Shown piece after piece: positions 10,215 through 15,196 of a stretch of 15,196 bases of DNA; within the stretch, counting starts at the first letter, position 1; each line of letters begins with the position of its first letter. The position numbers and the translations under genes were made by a program. The notes beneath the pieces were generated by a model. The model did no database searches. It saw only the letters and a program-made list of their open reading frames with translations, and was not told where the DNA came from. This stretch comes from Tubiluchus corallicola (lineage: Eukaryota; Animalia; Priapulida), in NCBI GenBank assembly GCA_030141605.1, contig JAQGDQ010002094.1:1-15196 (forward strand). Direction: 5' to 3'.

Positions 10215-10379
10215 CTTGCTATGAGTTTGACGACAGTCACACTGATACATTGGTGTAATGATGATTACGTTTGCTCTGTGTTTAAGCCTAAATTTGGTAT
10301 GAAACCAATCCTCCATCTTGCCGTATCGAAGCAGAATGACCCAGTAATGGCGGTTTGTCAGAAGTTGTTCTGCGGCCGC
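10215..10379 (-). CDS. IR/iGluR-like receptor exon C (ATD)
   Basis: Acceptor cctgcag, donor AAG|gtttgt; 165 nt, phase 0 to 0. AAAEQLLTNRHYWVILLRYGKMEDWFHTKFRLKHRANVIIITPMYQCDCRQTHSK resembles ATD 'y.wi....f...gaNvt'. Not in the ORF track. Confidence 0.8.
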
Positions 10380-10527
10380 CTGCAGGTTTAGATAGTAATA
10401 AGTAAAATTCTTTGTTAGCTTTTAAAAACTTTGACCGTCATAATATAAGTATTAAAGATAGACATATAGTGTTACATTATGGTAAAACTGCTATATTATG
10501 CTAGACTGAAAAATTCAGTATTTATTG

Positions 10528-11420
<893 letters not shown>

Positions 11421-11484
11421 TTCTCAGTGAAACAAATAATATCTAAACCCAATCACCATTGTTATACACAATAGCTCAGGTTAC

Positions 11485-11663
11485 CTTAGACATGACTTCG
11501 CGTGCATTATCTACACTGCAATCGACAACAAAAGTCTTGATAAGATTCTCATATCTGTCGTTCTGTACGGAAATGGAGGACAAATTGGCTTGGAAAACAT
11601 CAATATTCCACAGAATAACTTGAACTGACTTCCTCGCCAAGCTAGCAGACAGTCGAGTTATAC
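11485..11663 (-). CDS. IR/iGluR-like receptor exon B (ATD)
   Basis: Acceptor gttatag, donor AAG|gtaacc; 179 nt, phase 1 to 0. GITRLSASLARKSVQVILW...KTFVVDCSVDNAREVMSK; vvDC motif typical of the iGluR ATD. Confidence 0.87.
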
Positions 11664-11874
11664 CTATAACAAAACAGCAAAACAAACAAAACACAAGTTT
11701 CTGATAATCTGTCAGAATGGAAAGATCTGCACGTCATTTGTTAATATCAATTTGATTTAATTTCTGTGATTTTTTTACAGAAATTCCAACTAAACGTCTG
11801 TGCATAAGTCTTCTTTGCATTCTGGCATTCAGCTGCTAGGTGTGTAGTGCTCAATAACAAGTCTCGCTTAACGA

Positions 11875-12045
11875 AGATTGGTGGCGGGACCGGAACCCAT
11901 CTAATTATCAATAACAATCCTTTAAGACGAAGCACTAACCCGGCACAGCACGTTTGAGTGTGTTTTTGCCCACGCCTAAACGAAAGAAATAGCTGGAACT
12001 AACATGGCAGGCAAAGCCACCCAGAAGCAACTTTCCAGCCGGTAG
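11875..12045 (-). mobile_element. Degenerate SINE-like repeat, copy 2
   Basis: Reverse complement shares ttaaaggatt and ggttccggtcccgccacca with 6219-6258. Confidence 0.45.
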
Positions 12046-12219
12046 TTTATCCAATTACTAATCAGTTCAATGTTGCTCAACTGTTGGCTACTAGCATGAC
12101 GCCATGAATAGTGGCACAAAAATAATATCACCGAATAACTGCAACGGTTTTTTACAGCATAAACCTAGAAATGTAAAGCAAACATGTTGGAAAAGACGAA
12201 ATGTAAAAAAAATCATTCT

Positions 12220-12283
12220 GAATCTGGATTCGAGCCAGGGAACTTTCGATTGCAAATCTGACGTTATTGCCAGTACTCAATTA
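12220..12283 (-). pseudogene. Degenerate tRNA-derived sequence (SINE head or tRNA pseudogene)
   Basis: Minus strand has B-box-like GGCTCGAATCC (12236-12226) preceded by an anticodon-arm-like gatttgcaatc; no intact cloverleaf seen. Confidence 0.3.
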
Positions 12284-12453
12284 CCAAAAATTTTGAAATT
12301 AAGGTTCTAAACAATTGATCTCAGGTAAAGTTTAACGTGTACATTTTATCTGTCAGGTGAGTGATATATTTCGAATCAACTCAATGGCTTCAGTTTTAAC
12401 GAAAACACATTTAGTCTAATTCAGAGAAGCCGTTACAGGTATTTTATTGTTAC

Positions 12454-12580
12454 CTGCAGCTGAAGTGCTGTCGTAAATCACGACCACTGATGTCCAGATG
12501 AAAGGATCTCCACGTACTGTAATCGACGTTAATGAATCCACTACCTCATAGTACAGGTCACGTGGCCAAATGGTTTCATT
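12454..12580 (-). CDS. IR/iGluR-like receptor exon A (start of ATD lower/R2-like lobe)
   Basis: Acceptor ccttgcag, donor CAG|gtaac; 127 nt, phase 0 to 1. NETIWPRDLYYEVVDSLTSITVRGDPFIWTSVVVIYDSTSAA contains the iGluR ATD motif W..v.viYD. Not in the ORF track. Confidence 0.85.
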
Positions 12581-12764
12581 CTGCAAGGTAATAAATATAC
12601 TGAATTACACGAAATTTTCTGTTCATAACTCTTATTGACAGAAACGAGATAATTATATAATAGATCCAAAATTAAAAATAAATTCAACGTCTCAGCAGAT
12701 TATTTTCACGTAAAAGAAAAAAACAAAAAAATTGCAACTTCTAGCATGTTGCTGCAGCTATGAC

Positions 12765-12987
12765 ATATATATATATATAGACCGGTACATAGTTATATGC
12801 CATATATTAATATATATATTACATATTAATTATATATTAATTAATTATATATATACATATATAACAATGGCAACAAAATATTTTATATATACATATAATT
12901 ATAATATGTATTGTATTAATTCATATACATTAATTATTATACATATAAATATATTATATATTAATTATATATTAACTAATTATATAT

Positions 12988-13022
<35 letters not shown>

Positions 13023-13160
13023 ATATATATTATATATAACTCTTTAATATAATATATATATATATAATTAATGTATATTAATTATTACAATATATATTAT
13101 AATTATATGTATATATAAAATACTTTGTTGCCATTGTTATACATACATAAGCATCATATA
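12765..13160. repeat. AT-rich low-complexity region containing a long inverted repeat
   Basis: Arm 12860-12945 (tataacaatggcaacaaaatattttatatatacatataattataat...) is the near-perfect reverse complement of 13058-13141. Confidence 0.9.
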
Positions 13161-13339
13161 TACAAGTAAAATAATTACGTACAACCAGTTAAAAAAACGC
13201 TTTTGCAACTACTGTTAAAAACAAAATACCACCACAAGTGTCGCCAAATGCAAACATTTCAATATAAAGCTACTCCAATTTTTTAAAAATATTTCATCCA
13301 TAAACGTTGGCGCAGACATGTTTCATGTTTCACTTACTC

Positions 13340-13530
13340 CGCCAATTGAAAAGCCAGCATGTGACTGATCACGTGGCATGACGTCACTCGAACACAGTCG
13401 CAGTGAGTTCTGAGCACGTGTACTATAAAGATTTGTGTTGTAGTTCTGTAACGCCATCTAATATGGCGCCGCCGTGACAGTCTCGCGGGAGAATTTAAAA
13501 TGAAAACAAACAGGAAATTCTTTTAACGTG
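13340..13530. promoter_or_regulatory. Putative bidirectional promoter
   Basis: CCAAT 13342, E-boxes CACGTG 13370 and 13415, CRE TGACGTCA 13379, TATAAA 13424, inverted YY1-type cores CGCCAT/ATGGCG 13452-13468, TCTCGCGGGA 13481. Strong donors face outward on both strands (minus GTAAGT at 13337, plus GTGAGT at 13528). Confidence 0.6.
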
Positions 13531-13867
13531 AGTACCATAAACACTTAAGATTTTCTCTAACCGTTTCAATTCTTTAGCGAAAATTTTCTGAGACTTGCTT
13601 TAACTAGGCCTTTTCTCGTCCTTTATCACCCACAGCTCAAGTAACGAAGCTGGAGATTCTCTACAGTTCACGACGTCTTCTCATGCGTGTAGAAAGCTGT
13701 CAACTGTTTAACCCACACAAATCAATATTTTATTTATTTTATTTGCAATAAAAATTTTTGATGCATACCCAATGATTAACTTCGAAGATGGCAAAGAAGT
13801 TGAAGTTGAAGCTATTGTGTTGGTGTTGTTTAGCGAGTTTGACTAGTGACGCGTCGAGTTACTAACT

Positions 13868-13881
13868 GTTACCATGGTAAC
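13868..13881. promoter_or_regulatory. RFX X-box (perfect palindrome GTTACCATGGTAAC)
   Basis: Matches the RFX/DAF-19 consensus GTTRCCATGGYAAC; 26 bp upstream of the ATG at 13908. Confidence 0.65.
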
Positions 13882-13907
13882 TCAAGCATTTGGTAATACC
13901 CAAAGAA

Positions 13908-14001
13908 ATGACTCTGATAGCCATTTTGTTCCTGCTTTTGTGGTCAGTGGGATTTGAAACGTTGTCCAGTCAGCTGTTTGAGGGAAACAACCAACAAGGA
14001 G
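13908..14001 (+). CDS. First coding exon of a divergent gene encoding an unidentified secreted or membrane protein
   Basis: ATG at 13908; MTLIAILFLLLWSVGFETLSSQLFEGNNQQG has a signal-peptide-like hydrophobic core; donor GAG|gtatgt, phase 1. Confidence 0.65.
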
Positions 14002-14413
14002 GTATGTACACTATTCTGTCTAATGCCTATGTTGTAAGCATTGTATTTTTCAACTAAAGTTAAGCATCATCGAATGTGCTCAGTACACGAATGGGTGACT
14101 GCCGGTCATTTAATTTGCCAAGCTGTTTCTGGCTTTGTCTCTCGTTGAGGATGTATTATTATTGAAACGTGACTGGACACCTCTGCTAATTCAGTGTCTC
14201 ATCTTAGAGCATTTGCCTCGGTCCCGCCACAACTATCAGCAACTAACCCATAAAAAGGCAATTTTATTTTAAACTATGTCCCAAACAACTTCTCAACACG
14301 AAGTTACATTACTAAGCATTACGCAAACCTGACTGAAAGGCTCGTGTAATTGGAAAAGAAAATCAAGAGTTCAATTGTGAATAAAGTTGTAAACTTGAAA
14401 TTTAAATTTTTAA

Positions 14414-14463
14414 GTGGTGGTGGTGGTGGTGGTGGTGGTGGTGGTGGTGGTGGGGTGGTGGTG
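14414..14463. repeat. (GGT)n microsatellite
   Basis: Direct reading; about 16 units. Confidence 0.95.
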
Positions 14464-14475
14464 TAGTAAGTAAGT

Positions 14476-14642
14476 AAGTTTCCGCAATTTTACGATAAGA
14501 CCATCCTTCTCGTCCACTTAAGAGTACCAAATCGATTCTTTCTTCCTTAGACAAAGCCATTTTCTTTCTGAGGAGAAAAAATAAAAACAAATAAATAAAT
14601 AGTAAAATCCGCCATGTACCCAGACTTTATGGACACCCTGTA
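14476..14642 (-). mobile_element. Tc1/mariner-superfamily 5' end fragment
   Basis: TA followed by terminus CAGGGTGTCCATAAAGTC (from 14640), then ATG at 14560: MALSKEERIDLVLLSGREGWSYRKIAE, an N-terminal HTH-like transposase start, truncated at simple repeats. Confidence 0.75.
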
Positions 14643-14926
14643 CAGTACCAATTTTCGTGTTAGCAAACGCGTTCAACACCCTCATTGAATATTTGTAGTG
14701 TTGAAATTCCATTCAGTTGTGACGTCATCATTAACTAGGTTCTCCAACCATTAATTACGTTTTTAGCCTAGCAGTTTGGTATTATTATAGGTACTAAAGA
14801 TGTCTGCTTTACCACGTATAATGATGCCAAACTACAAGGCTACTTTTACTGTACTTTAAAACAGGGTAGGATATGAAAAATCATGCTGTTTTCCTCTCAT
14901 AAACATCAATGTAACTTTTTTCACAG

Positions 14927-15003
14927 ATTTTCAGGCAACTCGACAGAATGTTAGCACGGGGTGTTCCAGCTCTTCCAGGAAATGTCTGGAATTTAGTGAC
15001 GAG
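14927..15003 (+). CDS. Second coding exon of the divergent gene
   Basis: Acceptor cttttttcacag, donor GAG|gtaaga; 77 nt, phase 1 to 0, open in the phase set by the previous exon: (D)FQATRQNVSTGCSSSSRKCLEFSDE. Confidence 0.65.
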
Positions 15004-15196
15004 GTAAGATACAGAAGTGATCAAGAATCAGGTTAAAGGAAGAGACAAGTCACTTAGCATGTTGGGGTAATTTACTGTTATCATTTTAACATTGGAAAAA
15101 ATAATTATGGCAAAGGAGACAAAGTTAATGGCAATGCAGACTTCATTCAGTTACCTAGGTAACTGACATTAAACTTTCTTTTTTCTTCAATCATAA

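Larger units (their letters stand above)
14392..14897 (-). mobile_element. Kolobok-like element, copy 2, interrupted by a Tc1 fragment and (GGT)n
   Basis: Diverged reverse-complement homology to 2111-2545, e.g. tgatgacgtcacaactgaa...aatattc...gtttgc...cgaaaat. Confidence 0.6.

Noticed and set aside
14402-14475. Poly-His tail on the 62-aa ORF
   Set aside because: Chance read-through from the transposase fragment into (ACC)n.

Overview
AT-rich, repeat-dense animal genomic DNA (probably a protostome invertebrate; inference). The main feature is a minus-strand, intron-rich gene for an ionotropic glutamate receptor-family channel of the variant Ionotropic Receptor (IR, IR93a-like) type. Ten GT-AG exons between 12580 and 291 join with compatible phases into one open frame of 1581 nt (527 codons). 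They cover a shortened N-terminal domain, S1, M1, the pore loop, M3 and most of S2. The rest of S2 and M4 lie left of the window, and the first exon is uncertain. A motif-dense promoter-like region (about 13340-13530) and a perfect RFX X-box separate it from a divergent plus-strand gene with a signal peptide (exons 13908-14001 and 14927-15003), which the ORF track misses. The introns hold a hAT remnant with a nested piggyBac-type MITE, two copies of a Kolobok-like element, a fold-back MITE, a 3' LINE fragment, a Penelope GIY-YIG remnant, a Tc1/mariner end, SINE-like pieces, an AT-rich palindrome and long microsatellites. Most ORFs in the supplied track are microsatellite artefacts. No database searches were run; family calls come from manual translation and recalled motifs.
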